Origin: the human T2T-CHM13v2.0 reference genome, Homo sapiens
Assembly (NCBI RefSeq): GCF_009914755.1
Contig: NC_060931.1
Length of the DNA: 64,000 nucleotides
Strand: one strand, 5' to 3'
This document shows, piece after piece, positions 39,581 to 54,000 of the stretch (position 1 is the stretch's first letter; every line of letters begins with the position of its first letter). The position numbers and the translations under genes were made by a program. The notes under the pieces are model-generated. The model was not told the origin of the DNA. It was given only the letters and a program-made list of their open reading frames with translations, and ran no database searches.

Positions 39581-41522
39581 TGACTGAATGGATTTATTCT
39601 TATTCTGCCTTATTGTATGTACACCATATTTTAATAAGATAAAATAATAGTCTATAGTAGACTTCTGTAAATACTCAATGAATAAATACTTGCATGAATG
39701 CAGGAAAAATCAATCAGTCTTGCAGGATTTCTTATGCGTTACATCGTCCTTATAAGAAAGCAGTCATTCTCACCGAGATGTGCTGAGCAGATACTGGACA
39801 TGTTCTGACCCAGATAAGGGCTGGGTGGAAGTAGGGCTGGAGACACAGAGACCCAGTGCCAACTTCCAGGACCTCGGAAGAACTGAAGGCAGAGAGGTCC
39901 TCTCAGTGTGGACTGGGCCTCTGCTGGCAGCCACCAGCGGGCACAGAGCTGATGTGTGTTATGCCACGTGGGGAAAACCTACAGACGATTCTGAGAAAGG
40001 CGCACAGGGACACCCTCTGCCCCTAAAAGAACAATTTAACTCTAATTTATTTCTGTCACTCTGCATTTTCTGACCTTTCCCAAGTGTACAGTTTTATATG
40101 CATTTAACTGCCAAATTGTCATGTGAGATTATATGGTTATATTTCATTAATATATTCTAGTTTGTTCAGCTGTTCTTACTGGGTGAATTTGTGTGGTTTC
40201 CTGACATTTTTGTTTTTAGTAGTGCCTCAGTAGTTTTATACATAATTACGTTTCCCTTCTGGATTATTTCCTTAGTATCTAGTTCAAGAAGTGAAATCGC
40301 TGGATTCTTGTGGTAAATTTTTGAATTTCACAGTATAATGCTGATTTTCTCAAAGTCTCACATTCTAAGAAAGTATAATGAGGCAAAACAAACAACAAAC
40401 ATCTTAAGTTGATTTTTTCCTAGCGTCTTTTCCTTCCATCTTTGCTTGTAGAATCTAGACTATTTCATGAACCCAAGATATAATCAGTATCCTTCTTCAG
40501 TATGGCCAAAGTGAGTTTCTCATTATTTTACCTCCCCTTCAGGAAATGACTTTTCATCTTGTGTTTTGGGAGCCATAGATGGTTCTGGGCAGGAAACTGG
40601 CTTTGGATAGACCCAGCATGTAGATGGCTATTTGGCCTTGCTCCCAGTATAACGATGCAGTTCCCTGTGAAAGGGTATGAGTAGGTTTTGGGGCTCTGGA
40701 TACCGTGTGGCCTGAAGAGACAAGGGCTCAATGCCAACTCTGCCTGTTTCCAACTGTGTAACCATGTGGGCGTCAAAAATCATGGACGTGCTCTGGTTAA
40801 CACTGAGTGGGAGCTCAACAAATTATTATTTTTAATTGTTACTTGGACATGGCCAAGTTGACTACACTTTATGTTCTGCTACCTGCCAGTCTGAAAGTGA
40901 CGCCACAGAAGGTGAACCGCATGTTGGGAGATGCTCTTCATCTGCTTAGATGAGGTGCAAACACAGCCCATGCGCCTGCTCTTCATGACTGTATCTGTAC
41001 CAGCAATATTTGTATTGGCAAATCACATGCCCCAGTGGGAACTACTTAAGGGGAATTCAATGGATTTCATTCCTTTTATGTAATTGGCCACTTAGTAATA
41101 GACGTGTAGGTCTCTTGTGTGGATAAGGATTCTGCCTTTTATGTAAGATATGTGTTGCAATTCAGCTTTCAGGTCCCAGCCCCGGGAAGGCTCCAGGCCT
41201 TCACAAACTGGCCCACCCACGAGAAGGAAAGCAATTGTCCAAATGTGGGTAGCTTTTCTTCCCACTGTTGTCAGCTGCTTCCAATTAGCCCCCATATACA
41301 TAATCCCAGTTTGTGTCTGTATCAGTACAATTCTCCCATGTCAATGTGAATTTTAAGCCACAGAGGGAAAGGGGACAGAGAATATGCTTTCATTCAGCTC
41401 TCCTCGTCTCACACCTCTTGCCCTGCATGCATTTCTTTGCTCTGATTAAACGAGCATTTTATAAGCCACATTTGCTGTGTGAAAGGCAAAGTCTTCCCTC
41501 CCACGGATGACGGTCTCCAGGG

Positions 41523-41523
<1 letters not shown>

Positions 41524-41598
<75 letters not shown>
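41524..41598. repeat. Compound (TG)23(AG)14 microsatellite
   Basis: Counted directly; perfect units. Confidence 0.97.
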
Positions 41599-41602
<4 letters not shown>

Positions 41603-44600
41603 AAACATATATCTCTGTGAAACTTCATTTTCCATATGTGAATTTTTGGAACCGAGACAAATGGAACTTAGCTAAAAGATGGGAAAGGTAGACTGACTCT
41701 GACTTAATCTACTTAACCTACCAGGCAATTTATAACTTGATGGCCTAATTTTTGCAGCACCCAGAAGCAAGCCTGTTTCAGCACGGCAAAGGCTCAGCTG
41801 CTAAGTGGGCAGCATTGTTGGAGGTGAGCAGCTTAGGCTGACTGTTCATCAAAGGACCAAGCGCTTGAGGTTCGCTCATCGCTGGAGGCCAGAGTGGGGA
41901 GGGCCATTTAACTGCTCAAGGCCATGGAACTCTACTGTCAGTTTCAGGGAAATTTGGGACCCTGGAGCACAAACCAAAACTCCAATTAACCAGGAGAGGA
42001 ACTCGATCCCCAGGAGATAAGTGAAGAGTAAGAAGTCTATCTTTAGAAACAAGAGATGTCCAAGGCTAGAAAGATGGGGAAGGAGGGTGGAACTGTTCTG
42101 GAAGTGGGTCTCAATCTCAGCACCAGCAGCTCTCAAGACTTTCTAGAGAAGGAAACTTCATTTCTGAATTAAAATTAGTCTTCAATGACATGGCAGGGAT
42201 TTCGGCACACTCTCTTGCGTCATAGGCCACTGTGTTGGAGGCAGGAGTGTTGGCTTTGGAGGCATAGAGATTAAAATTAGAGTAACACGTGAGCACTGAA
42301 AAGGTTAAACAGTAGAGACATGGAGGACTCCCGACCCCCATGTACCCCTTTCTTAACCCTTTAATTAAGATCACAGCCCTAGAAATAGCTTGCAAAATAA
42401 TTAACTACTGATCATTTATACCTTAGTGCTTCTGTGAGCATGTTTTCTCTTTCATTGCTGCTCATCTGCATGGAAAAATGTGCATGGGTTTCTGAATATA
42501 ACTCCATGGTGCTTGCTTCCATTATATTTGTGCCATTTGGATCATAACTGATAAGCAACCAAAGAGTCCCATATTACTGCACGTTCCCATCGCTATTTTA
42601 TGTGAAGGTGGTCCTGGGGGCTGTTCTGAATTCTCAGTTTCCTTTTTTCCCCTCCCCAGTTCTTTGAAAATATCAGAAACGGACTTGTGGCATCTTTGAA
42701 AAGCTACTTAAAATGTGCTGCTGTGCTCTGAACTTGAAAATGTGCTTTTAATACAAAGTTTGTGCAGCCCTTGCTGCTCATACGAGATGAATCTTACCAT
42801 GTGGTGGATGCCCGTCTCATGCCAGGCACTGTGCTCTAAGCCCATTGGTTTATTTCAGTGCTTGAAATTGGCTTTCGAGAGAGGCACCACGGTTCCCTTT
42901 TTACAGGAGAGGAAACACCAGAGGATCAGAGATGGAGAGTCTTTCTCCACAAACTCACAGACCCCAAAGGCAAGCTCAGGGTTGTCAGCTTCCAAAGTCT
43001 GCCTGCTCCAGGACCTCATGTTGCATCTCCATTCTCTTCACTGAGGGTCAAATGGAAAGAACACATGGGGGTCAAGTTTCAGAAAATAAGAGAAATGAAG
43101 AAATATGTGCCCGGAAGCAAGAACGACCGACCTCATTAAACTGGCTCCCTTCACCTCCTCTCACATCTTTTTCTGCCTTTTGGCCAAGTTTTCTCTCCCC
43201 CGCATTTCCTCCTTGATCTCGTTTGAATCCTCTTCCCTGGTGAAGTCATTTAGGTTCAGGCTCTTATTTTACTTTGGTCCATAATTTAGATCGAACCACA
43301 TGTGCTGATGTGATTGAAACGATGTGGAATTCTCTGGACAGAGATAGAATTATGGAGGGGTTAGTGTGTGTGTTTAAGATTAAAAGACCAGGTGTATGGG
43401 AGGAAATATAATGAACAAAAAATAGTATTTTAAATGAATACTAAACTTGCACTCATGGAAAAAGTTCTCTTCCCATGAGGTTCTCGCAAAGCATTTTACC
43501 ATCAGCACACGCAGTTTTTCTCAGTTTTCTGAGATGGGGCCATCTTGAATCCAACAGACAACACACAGCATCAGCCAGACTAACACAAAGGACGTCATGG
43601 GCATGGACGTAAATACTGGTGTCAACACTAGGTCTGCACCTCGAGAGGAGTGGAGCAAAAGGATGGAGTGGCAGATGAAGGTATGCTGTTCAGAAAGGAG
43701 GCAGAAATGAAAGGAAGACCATCAGTGCGCTCCACAGCTTGAGGACCGTCCTGGAGGGCAAATGCCAGCTGCTCACTTCTGAAAAGAAAAATTCCAGTGA
43801 AATGAGTACAGTCATTCTTAGGATTACTCACTTGATACTGTGTATGTCTCTTCTTGGCTTCTCATCTCCACACAAAACCCTCAGGTGGTAAAAATCTAAT
43901 TAAAAAAATTATATAAAGTCTTGTAGATTTATTAGCCTGAACATAATAGATTTTTTTTAAGCACGTTAAGTCTTCCATGGACTAAAAGAAAACTTGTAAA
44001 CCTAAGAGAACCTCTATTTTTGATATACAAAATAATACATTTCCTTAAACTATGATCTTGGTACTAGAATTTTAATTAAAAAATACCTGCAGTTTATATG
44101 CAAAGTTATAGATTAATGCTTAAAAATAGGTTGTATGTAGTATCCACAGGTCATGTTTGACTGTCAAATAGATGTAATTTTAATTCATAATAATTGTGTC
44201 GTGTTCTTCCCCACTAGAAGCCAATTATGCAAGCTTCACCATTCACACATGGAAAATAATTTAATGGAGTACTCATTGCAATTTCACTTATCCAGAATTG
44301 GCTGTTGTTCTCAGAGCAGCTTGTGTTGCCTTGTTAAGGAGAATATGTTAGTATCCAGACATCCAGAAAGGATCCTTTACTGTTTCAGAGTCCATTTTCC
44401 CCACTTTTGAAATACACACACAAACACCCATTCATGCAAACCAAACAGAGATTGTAAAGTGATTCCACTGACATTTATGCACTTCTTTTTTCTCTTTGGT
44501 TCTTCAAACTCTCAGTCAGTGCGCATTTACTCTTAATTTAGATACGGTTTAAACCTAATTAGAAACCAGAAGCTCTTGTATTTCCACAAAGGATTATGAC

Positions 44601-45755
44601 AGCCCCAAGAAAAGATAGTGAAACCATTATATAACAAGATAAAGGCTTCTTAACAATACAAGGATGGATTTTCTCATTGATCTTAGCCTTCTGAATTTTA
44701 GAAATTGCCATTTCAAAGTCTAAAACAAAGGAAAATCAGGGAATAAAAGAATGGTAAGTAGACACAAACCTACTGGCTCCATCATTTCTGTTTTAGCAAA
44801 TAACCTGCCACATATACCAATAGCCCAAGAGATGGGCATGTCCCTGCATTTCCTGGTCAAGGTGACAACACTGCGTCCTCCTGGAAGAGGTCTGCCACTC
44901 ACCATACCACAAACCAAATATAATAAAATCAGAAGGCACACTATAGTGAATTTTTTAGAGGCATGTATTGAAAAGCATCTCAAAAAGCATTCTCGAAGCT
45001 TCCAGAAGTCAACTCAAGTTATCTGAAAAGTGACACTTTTGATGATTGCTCGCTTAATACTGGGAGAGCCAGATGAAGATTCCTCCCCACTTCCTCAGAT
45101 GTGCAACTCTGGAATTTCTTAGTGTTACTGGAGATTCCTGCTGCATTCTGGGCCTTTAATGCATAAACACTGAGATGTTCTAAGGAAATTACTCCCTAGG
45201 GAGGAGAGGGGTGGACGAGGAGTAAGCTTTGCTGGTGACTCATGCGCTGTGTGGAAACTCCCTGCACAAGTGAGCTGCGCAGGGTGAGTCTAAAGGGTTA
45301 ATGCACTTTCAAAAGCCTCTAATTTGTTATTCCAGAAGAGTAATTTACTCACTAGAAGTATCTGGGTGGCTACTAACACATTTGTGTCTTTAAAAAGATC
45401 AGTTTTATTTTAAGATTAAAAATATAAAGCAAGAGCTGGAAAGTCACTAAAAACTGACAGCCAGTTTCCCATTTTCAAGAGTATTTATTAAAAGGTTCTG
45501 GTTGCAGAAGGAATAAGAAATGGCTTGAGATCATGACACAGTGAATCATGTTGTAAACATGTTAGCTATGGCTGTGAATTCAACCAGCGATGAGATCAAG
45601 CGTCCCCAGAAGGTGTTGGGGGAATTAGGGACATGGCTGTGTTTCCCCAGAGAAAAGTGGCCATTTTACTTTCCCTCTTCACTAACATGCTTTTGACATG
45701 CATGGCAGAGCTGAAGGCAAGGGGAAGGGGACAACATAGTAAGTGACTAAGTGGC

Positions 45756-45774
45756 TTTTTTTTTTTTTTTTTTT
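45756..45774. repeat. T19 homopolymer
   Basis: Counted directly. Confidence 0.9.
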
Positions 45775-47434
45775 GCCAAGTGAAGCTGAGTCATATGGCC
45801 TCTGTCATTCCAAAACTATTCTCTACGGCTGCATTCCTTTCGCTCTTGCCTTCCTTTAGAACCCTGGAGAAGGCCTCCTGAAGCCTGGCCCTATTATGTA
45901 TCCTGACAAAGATAAACTTTTCCAAAAAGCTGCATGTTGTTTCTAGCACAGTTTTTCCTCGCAGTGACTACGTGATGAAAGTACCATGCAGAGGAGGTGT
46001 CTGACTGAGGCGTTCGTGGTGTGTGACAGAGTCCCCTGCACAGGACAGCCGCACTCCCCTCTTGCGTCCTTTCCTCCCATGTTTGCAAAGCCTCTTTCCC
46101 TGTCAGCAGGGGGTGTTCTGGCAGTTGACATTTCTGAAAACTACAGCCTACATTTTTAAAAAATCCAGTAAGTGAAAACTAAAAAATTAATACCGTGGTC
46201 ATAATAGTGTGGCATTTGATAACTAATGAGGCACTGTCGTGCCAGCTATTATTTTCAGACATTTACAGTCCTTTTTTAAATACAAAGAAATATTTGGTGT
46301 GAAATGTTCCCCGGGAGCTGGTGCAAGCAGAGGCGACAGGGCAAGGGAGCTTGGGTTGTAGCCTCGAATTCCTCCTGGCCAGGGCTACCGTCAGCCTGCG
46401 GCACACAAGTAAATCAAATATAAAACCAAAATTTCTGTAAGCAAATCAGTTTCTAACTCACTGTAACGAATTATCTTTCGCACATCACAGAGGCATCTCT
46501 TTTCACTGTCGAGTTTGGTTTGCTTGGTTACAAAAAGGGCAGTTCAAAAGCTTTGGTTGCTATTGTGAAAGTCAGCTGAATTCCTTCCACCGTGCTGGGG
46601 TGGGGTGGGGTTCACGCAGGTTCTCTTTTGTCACCAGGGGTGCTGTGGATTCACAAGTAAGCAAGAGGCTCCTCAGGTCAAGCCTCTGGCTGCTCCCTGA
46701 GGTCAGCTGCCTAGCTTCTCCTCCTCTGAGATAGACGGGAACAAAGTCTTTGATGTGTGCATTTCTCAAGCTTGACAATGATACAGCTACATAAAAACCC
46801 ATGATTTCATATAGATATTCCAAAACGTAAAAGTAAACCATGCATCCACAGAGACATGGAATTACAGAACTGGATGCTGAGCTGGTCACTTGGGAGGCAG
46901 GCGTCCTTGCCATTGGTTTATGCCTCAGCCCCACCATGCAGTGGCTGGCCAGGTGACCTAGGCCAGTCCTGCATCCTCGGCTCCTCACCTGCCTGGTGGG
47001 ACAGTGACATCTCTCCTGCAGCACTGCTGTCAGGGTGAGGGAGGTAGGGCGCGGTTTCAGAAAACCATTGGGCTGCACCTGCGTGAGCACAGCTGCAGGA
47101 GCAAAAGTCAGAAAGGTCAGCAAAGGATTTCAGGAGCAAAGGTCAGAAGAAACCCTCAAGGTGGTTGTGTCTGCAGGAAAGTGCTGTCGTCTCCTGCAAT
47201 GCTTTCAAGACTATTCAGAAGCACAGTGTGAAGGGAGAGCCGGAGCCCATGGGGAAATGACTCCAGAGTGTTCCACGTGTTGGAAGGCATCTGTTGGAAA
47301 ACGGACATTCAAGCAAATAGTTGCCTGCATAGACAACGCAGAATGACTGGGAAAGCCCCAACAAGTTACCTACTGGTAAATGAGGTGAGAAGCTTAAAGT
47401 GAGAACCCCATTGCTGCCTCTTTTTCACTTTAAA

Positions 47435-47545
47435 AACATTTAAGTTTTGAATTATGGTAAAATACACGTAAGATTTACTACTGTAACCATTTTTAAGTGT
47501 ACGGTTCAGTAGTGTTAAGTATATTCACATTGCTAAGGAACCAAT
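47435..47545 (-). mobile_element. L1MB 3' fragment
   Basis: TGGTAAAATACACG...TAACCATTTTTAAGTGTACGGTTCAGTAGTGTTAAGTATATTCACATTG. Confidence 0.7.
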
Positions 47546-47589
47546 CTGCTACTTTTGTTTATTAATTTTTTCCTGAGGGGAAATATTTT

Positions 47590-48080
47590 TAAATTTTAAA
47601 ATATTTAATTGACAAATAAAAATTGTGTATATTCAAGGTGTAGAACATGATTTCATATGCACGTACATTGTATACTCATTACCACAATCAAAGAAATTAA
47701 CACATCCAACCCACCCATAGTTGCCATTGTGTGTGCGCGGATGTGCGTGTATGTGTGTGTATGTGTGCACGTGTGCGCCTGTGTGTGTCTGTGTGTCTCT
47801 GTGTATACGTGTGTGTACATGTGTGTACGTGTGTGTTCCTGTGTATGTGTGTCTGCGCACGTGTGTATGCATGTATATGGGTATGTGTGTACGTGTGTAC
47901 GTGTGTGTGCATGTGTGTATATGTGTGTCTGTGGGCACAGGTGTGCCTGTGTGTATGTGTATATGTGTATGTGTGTACATGTATGTACGCGTGTGCATAC
48001 GTGTGTGTGTGTGCACAGGTGTGTATGTGTGTGCCTGTGTGTGTGTGTGCATGTGTGGTGGGGACACTAAAAATATCTCA
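47590..48080 (-). mobile_element. L1MA 3' end containing an expanded TG-rich repeat
   Basis: TTTAATTGACAAATAAAAATTGTGTATATTCAAGGTGTA...CCCATAGTTGCCATT[TG-rich]GTGGTGGGGACACTAAAAATAT. Confidence 0.75.
47728..48056. repeat. About 330-bp degenerate (TG/TA/CA)n alternating purine-pyrimidine tract
   Basis: Direct reading; source of the H/T- and C/V-rich ORFs. Confidence 0.92.
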
Positions 48081-51000
48081 TCACCTTTTTAGTCAAAAGA
48101 ACAGTTGTTTTGGTTTGGCTCTTCTGTTTTAAAATATCAGAACAATAATAATTTCCCACAGACAAAATCCTCAATCCTCACCATCCTTCTATTTCCTATA
48201 TTCATCATAAACTTCATGCTTGATGTTGAAATTGTTTTCTGAAAATAGAGAATACAAAGAGGAGATTTTAAAATGTCAGTGGCAGCCCCACACTCCTTTT
48301 TAATCTTATTTCCTGATATCTTGAGTTTACTTGGACGTAGAGTTTTCCTTGACTATGGTTATTTCTGGTAGTAGCAGCTCCAGATTAGGCAATGGTTTTC
48401 TTCAGAGATAGCTTAGAGTGAGCCCCAGAACAAGGTCAATGCGAAGATTGCTTGTGTCTGCGTGTCCAGGGCACAGTGATCCTCATCACTAGCCGGGGGG
48501 CTCCGTGAGGATCTGCTCCTGGTCGTTTCTGTTCTGTATCTTCTCTGCAGCCCTTACTGAAGCCGTTACCAACTGGCACAATTCAATTCCTACTGTACCC
48601 ATCATGCACAGATGGCTGAAGTATTGAGAACGCTCCAGTGACCGGGAGGCAATAGTCTGTCCACATCTAAGAACACACTTGGAATAACCTTAGAGAAGAG
48701 AGAGAGAGAGAGAATGCATGGTTAGTAGGTTATCAAACTCCTATGACTTTTCACAGGAAAAGCCCTCATCCACACCAACTTTAGGAATGTGTAGAAAGAA
48801 GGGTCAGGGACAGGGGTGAGTGGTGGGCAGAGCAGTTGGAGGGCACAGGGAAAAGGCATCTGGTCATGTATTTGGAGTAGGAGGTCTTGCTTTACTATTG
48901 AATTGCAGGGACACTTTGGGAACAGTGTTCACTTCTTTTTGCAACCATTTCTTCAGAGAAAAGTCATGATACTCAAGTCTTCTTACAAAGCAGTTTGAGG
49001 CTTTGAGTACCAGACTGATTACAGAGATGAGTATGAAGCATTATTGTAGTATTTTTAAGTGAAATTCACTAAATGCAAATAAACCTAGCAAATGCTCTAT
49101 GGTTAATTTTTTTCTAAAATTCAGATAATTAAGACAATTCATTCTCCTGAAACTGCTGTTCATGTAAAAAGGAATTTTATCGAGGTGGCCCTTGAGTGCC
49201 AAACAGCCTGTCCTCAGCTGCAAAATGAGTCGTTGATGATCCTCCAGCAAGGGATACTTTTTAGCTCGTGTGGTGATTGCTGCACACGGGATATGTGCAG
49301 CAAGTATCTGCTGAGCTAATAATAAACAGCCTCAGACAGAAAGACAGTGGGCACAAGGTCATGCTTAAAAAGACCCCTTGTTCTACTGCATCCCAGCTCC
49401 CCACCATGGGGCCTCACAGGCCCTGGTGACCAAGCACATCAGACCTGGTTCTTGCTCAGTCCTGGGAGCCACAGAACCCAGCACGTACTTTGCCCCCAAG
49501 ACCAGACTCCAGCTTGGCTTTTGTCCTCCTCTCCAGGATTGGTGACCTCCTAGGTCGTGAAGCTGTGATGAGCAAAGACACACTCCTCTCCATTCTCCCA
49601 ACTTCAGGTCCCTTTGACAGTGTCAGCAGGCATTTAAATAGCAGACCACCCACAGCAGGGCTGGTAGATGCAGTGAACTCAGGAAGATGCCTGCATAGAC
49701 TCTAGTGTTAAAGACAGAATCCTTACAAGGAACCCCCATAGTTACCTAACTGCTGTCTCCAGTGGTCATAGAAGTGTGATAACCCACTAATCATCATTCT
49801 CTGTCTCTCTGTCTTTCTCATACACACTTACACACACATACACACAACCTTGTTGCTTAATTTTCAGAGAGTCTACTTTCAGAAAAGCCTTCAGGAATAC
49901 ATCATGTACAAAACTGAGAAATTACCTGAAGTATCTTTAAATTTAGTAAAAAGTTGCATTGTTTTTTGAACATCACACTTGAAAAGTACATGAATACAAA
50001 CATACTTAGGAAAAAAAGCTTTAATTAATTTAAAAAGGAGAACAATGCTATATGCTGTATCCCACCTTTCTCTGAATGTTACATTTTCTCCCCTATCCCA
50101 GGCTGCATCTAAGAAAACTCAAAGGGAATATGCTATCTATCTTTTCCGAGCAATGAAAGCTCTGGGTTTTTTCCTTGCTTTTCAGGGCACAATACTTCTC
50201 TTTCTTCCTGGTTAGACAGGATAAGTTCTGAGTCCCCTGGTATCATCAGCTTACTTCTTCTCTGTTAAATATTCACAAAAAATCACTAACTTTCATGCCT
50301 CAGCAAACCTCCACTGCCTAAAATATAGTGAGGTCATTCATCTTCGGACAAATTGCCCCAACTACGGTGGGAAAAGAACCAATGTGTTGGACTATTTATC
50401 TAATTTTTGTTTAGTTCGGGGATACAAATAAATGCATAGATACATACAAACATGCGTACATAATAGCAGCAGCAGCCTGTGAAACATTGACAAGACCTGG
50501 AGTTGGAAGAGGACTTTGCCATCCTCCAGTCCAACAGTTGCCTGTCACAGATTAGACGACTGGGATGTGCGCAGGCGATTATTTGCAAACGGCCCTGAGT
50601 CCCCCAGTTTATGTCTTAATTCGCAGCCAGGGCTGATTGTAGAAGCAAATTTGCAAACATGTGCAAGAAGAAATCACACATCCTAGAGCTTGGATTTCCT
50701 CGTTTCTTGCTATTTCTATCCGTAGACAGAACCATTGCTGAGCTGTTAAATTTGTCTCCTTCCCCTATACCAGTCTTGAAAAAGGAAAGGAAGTGGAGCA
50801 AAGAAAAAGAAATTAATAAAGCCGGCAGATCCTAGGAGAATCTTATTTAATCCAAGCTTTGTAAAGTTTTGCTTTATTCCATGGCAACATGGGTATACAC
50901 ATCCCACCGGCTGTTTCAGTGGCTCAGAGCAGGTAAGGCCTGTGCCAAACGCCGCTAGCAGGAGGAACAACGTGGAGACAGCCCCAGAGGTGGAACGTTG

Positions 51001-54000
51001 GCCCTTCTGTGGCTCCGGTGTCTCAGGACCTCCCTAAAGCCCAGCCCTGACACTGAGCAAGTTTCCACCACTGTTAGGAAGAAGTAGAAAGGAATTTGGA
51101 GGGTTGGTGTTACTGTTCAAGAGCTGGAAGGCTTCTGCCCCCATTCCCATTCCATTAATTGCGTGAGGTAGAGAACTCATAGAAGATAGGAACACATATG
51201 CTGATTTCCAAAATTGCCTTTGTATATTTTCACGTGAAGACTTTAGGGGCAAAAGAAAAGAAGCAAGCATTTTGAATATGTGTTTCAATTTGCCTTCTGT
51301 TATATAAAATTGTATTTTGCCTATTCTTTTTTCATTATTCGGAACCTTCAAGAAATAAATTAAGTTCTCTCAAAAATGTGTTTTTTGAAAAGAGGACTAA
51401 AACAGATGGCCTGGCTGTGTTAAACACAGGGACCAGACCAGCACCCACCTCTCCACCTGCCCTGCCTTCACTGGCAGAATTGTGATCCATCATGTTCTCT
51501 GTTCAATGTCATCATCCCTTTCAGAGCATGGGTCTCTTCCTTTCTAGGCAGTCTTACCAGGATGCATGGGTGTGCCTGCGTAGGCACACGCACAGCTCCC
51601 AAGGACTCTAAAAAAAGATATTTTTCTGCTTATATACTAATAATATGTTAGAGATTTATGTTTCAAATTAGTACAGAATCACATGGTTCTCTCCAAATTA
51701 TATTTGAGAGAGAAAGAATAGAACAAAATTTATTTTACAAAAATACTCAGTACATTTAGGGCATATACAAAGATGTTCCAGAATGTAGCTTATCTCTTTA
51801 AAGACAATTAACACAGTTTCTGGGCAAGGCAAGGCAAAATATTCAGTAACTTAGCAACACCAACAGAAGACAGCCAATATTGCAGCACATTTTTCTCTTG
51901 GATTGGGTCAGAGAGTACTGCAGAGAAAATGGAGTAGAGAGACCTGAAATACTTTCGCACACACTGTGGTCAGTGCAGCGTCCAGTGTGTGCCACAGTAA
52001 TACTAGAAACTCCCTGGTATGTGACCTGCAGGGAAGTAAGTTAAATGCACACGTTTTATCAAGTTCAAATGCAAACTTAATTTTAAATGTATGCAACATC
52101 AGTTTAAGCGTTGTAGCTATTACTAGCAATTGTACCTATTACTAGTCTGTACTCTGCACAACTTTGGAGTATACTGCCTACTCAAGGTGGATTTTAGAGC
52201 TCTATTTGTGGCATTATATCACGGACAAAAGCACGTTCATCAGAGTCAGAGGAATGTGGTGCAAATCCCAGCTGTCCCACTTACCAGCTGTGGGACTTGA
52301 GTAAGCTCCTGAAGCAGCTGCACCTGCATTTTCTGGTGGGCACCATGGAGCTGTCAGCAGTGCTTTCCTCAGAGGGCTGCGGGCTGGATGAGGTTTGCTG
52401 GTGCATGTGAAGTGTCAATCATTGCTCTCATGAGTGGTGATGCTGATGCCGTTCCCTTTTTTAGGGAAGTGATTTTCCCTTACAAAGTTACCAACAGTTT
52501 CATGTTGGCCCATTTTTCTATTAATTGTTTCCACTAATAGGACCAACAGTGGTAGTCCCATCATTTTATTACTGCTTGTCGTAGCACAAGCAGTTGCTTC
52601 ATCGTGTTTAGATAAATATTGACGGCTGCTTTTAACAGTCTGCTGTTTTGTCTCCTTTTGAGGTCCTTAAAGTAATCCTTAAAAAGATAGTGCAGATGGA
52701 AAGATGTCTGGAGTCAGTGAACCTGCCTTCTTTCCTGTGTGCTTGTCAGTTTCTAAAATGCCATACACAAAGGACTTTCATGATTTCTTTTTAGGTACAT
52801 GATTACAGTTCAATTCACTTCACTGTCTGGAAAATTTCCTTATAATCAGGATGAAATTTCTCATGTTAGCCTTTCACATTTCACTACTTTTAGATAAGGA
52901 ATTCTCAGGCTTTGCTATATCTGACTGCTCTTGGAGGCTGAGCTTTTGGCTAACTACCTGACTACTTTGTCGTTTCTCTTCCCTTGGAATGAAGCAAATA
53001 TCTAACTTCTCACTCATTGTTTCTGCTATTTTACCATTTAGTCATCTGTGATTTTTCTAAATACTGAAAGACTTCCCTCAATTCAAACTATGTGCCGGAT
53101 CAAGGAAAGGGCAGTTGGATATTGCAGACAGCATAGTGCAATTGTGAAGAGTGTCTGCTTACCAGCCACGCTGCCTTGCACAAGTTATCAAGCCTCTCAA
53201 CCCACTTCCTCAATCTGTAAAATAGGTATGAGTGTAGGACCTTCCCAGGGGATTTTTTTGTGACTATAGAATGATTCTCAGAAGACTTTCAGGCAGTATG
53301 TGGGTGAGGCACATGCTGGAAAGGCTTCTGCAGGTGCAGTGATCAATGCTTTTCTCAGTGTGTACATCCCATAATACAGACACGTTACCAGAAACTCCCT
53401 AGCCAGGACTTTGATTGCAGCTCACATTTTGTATATGGCCCATAGGGAAATGAAGTGTGTATTTTTTATAAAGTTCAAGTGTTAACTTAATTTGGAATTT
53501 ACTATCAAATCTCAGTTGTTATGGGCATTTATAGCTATTAATACTTCGTCCCATGTGTCCCATGAGGAAACCAAGGAACAGAAATTAAAGTTCTTTCTGG
53601 AGTCCCCTGAATCTCGTTCCTGTTCTTTTGCACCCTGTTAATTACATAGAGACATTCACAGCTCTTCTGACCTTATCAGCATTAAGGAAAACAGAAAACC
53701 AGCGTGCTATTTGTTCTGTCCCTTAGTCAAGCCTTCTCAACATACATTTTTCTTCCAAGATTTTGCATGTGCACAGGGATGCCTATCCTCTACAAGAAAC
53801 ACATTTTAGGCAAATTATAATTAAAATGCTGTTTACATCTCTTCACCTTTAGAATTTAAAGAATGATCATTTCTTAGATTGCATCTCAGACACACCCTTC
53901 CCCTAGTCTGGAGAGGGCGAGGCCCATGGGTACTGCAAACAGCCTGACGTTGTCAGGGGCGGTCTCAACGGCTCATTCACCACATCTGCCTCGCGAAGGC

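Noticed and set aside
47633-48132. His/Thr- and Cys/Val-rich ORFs
   Set aside because: Translation of the TG-rich simple repeat.
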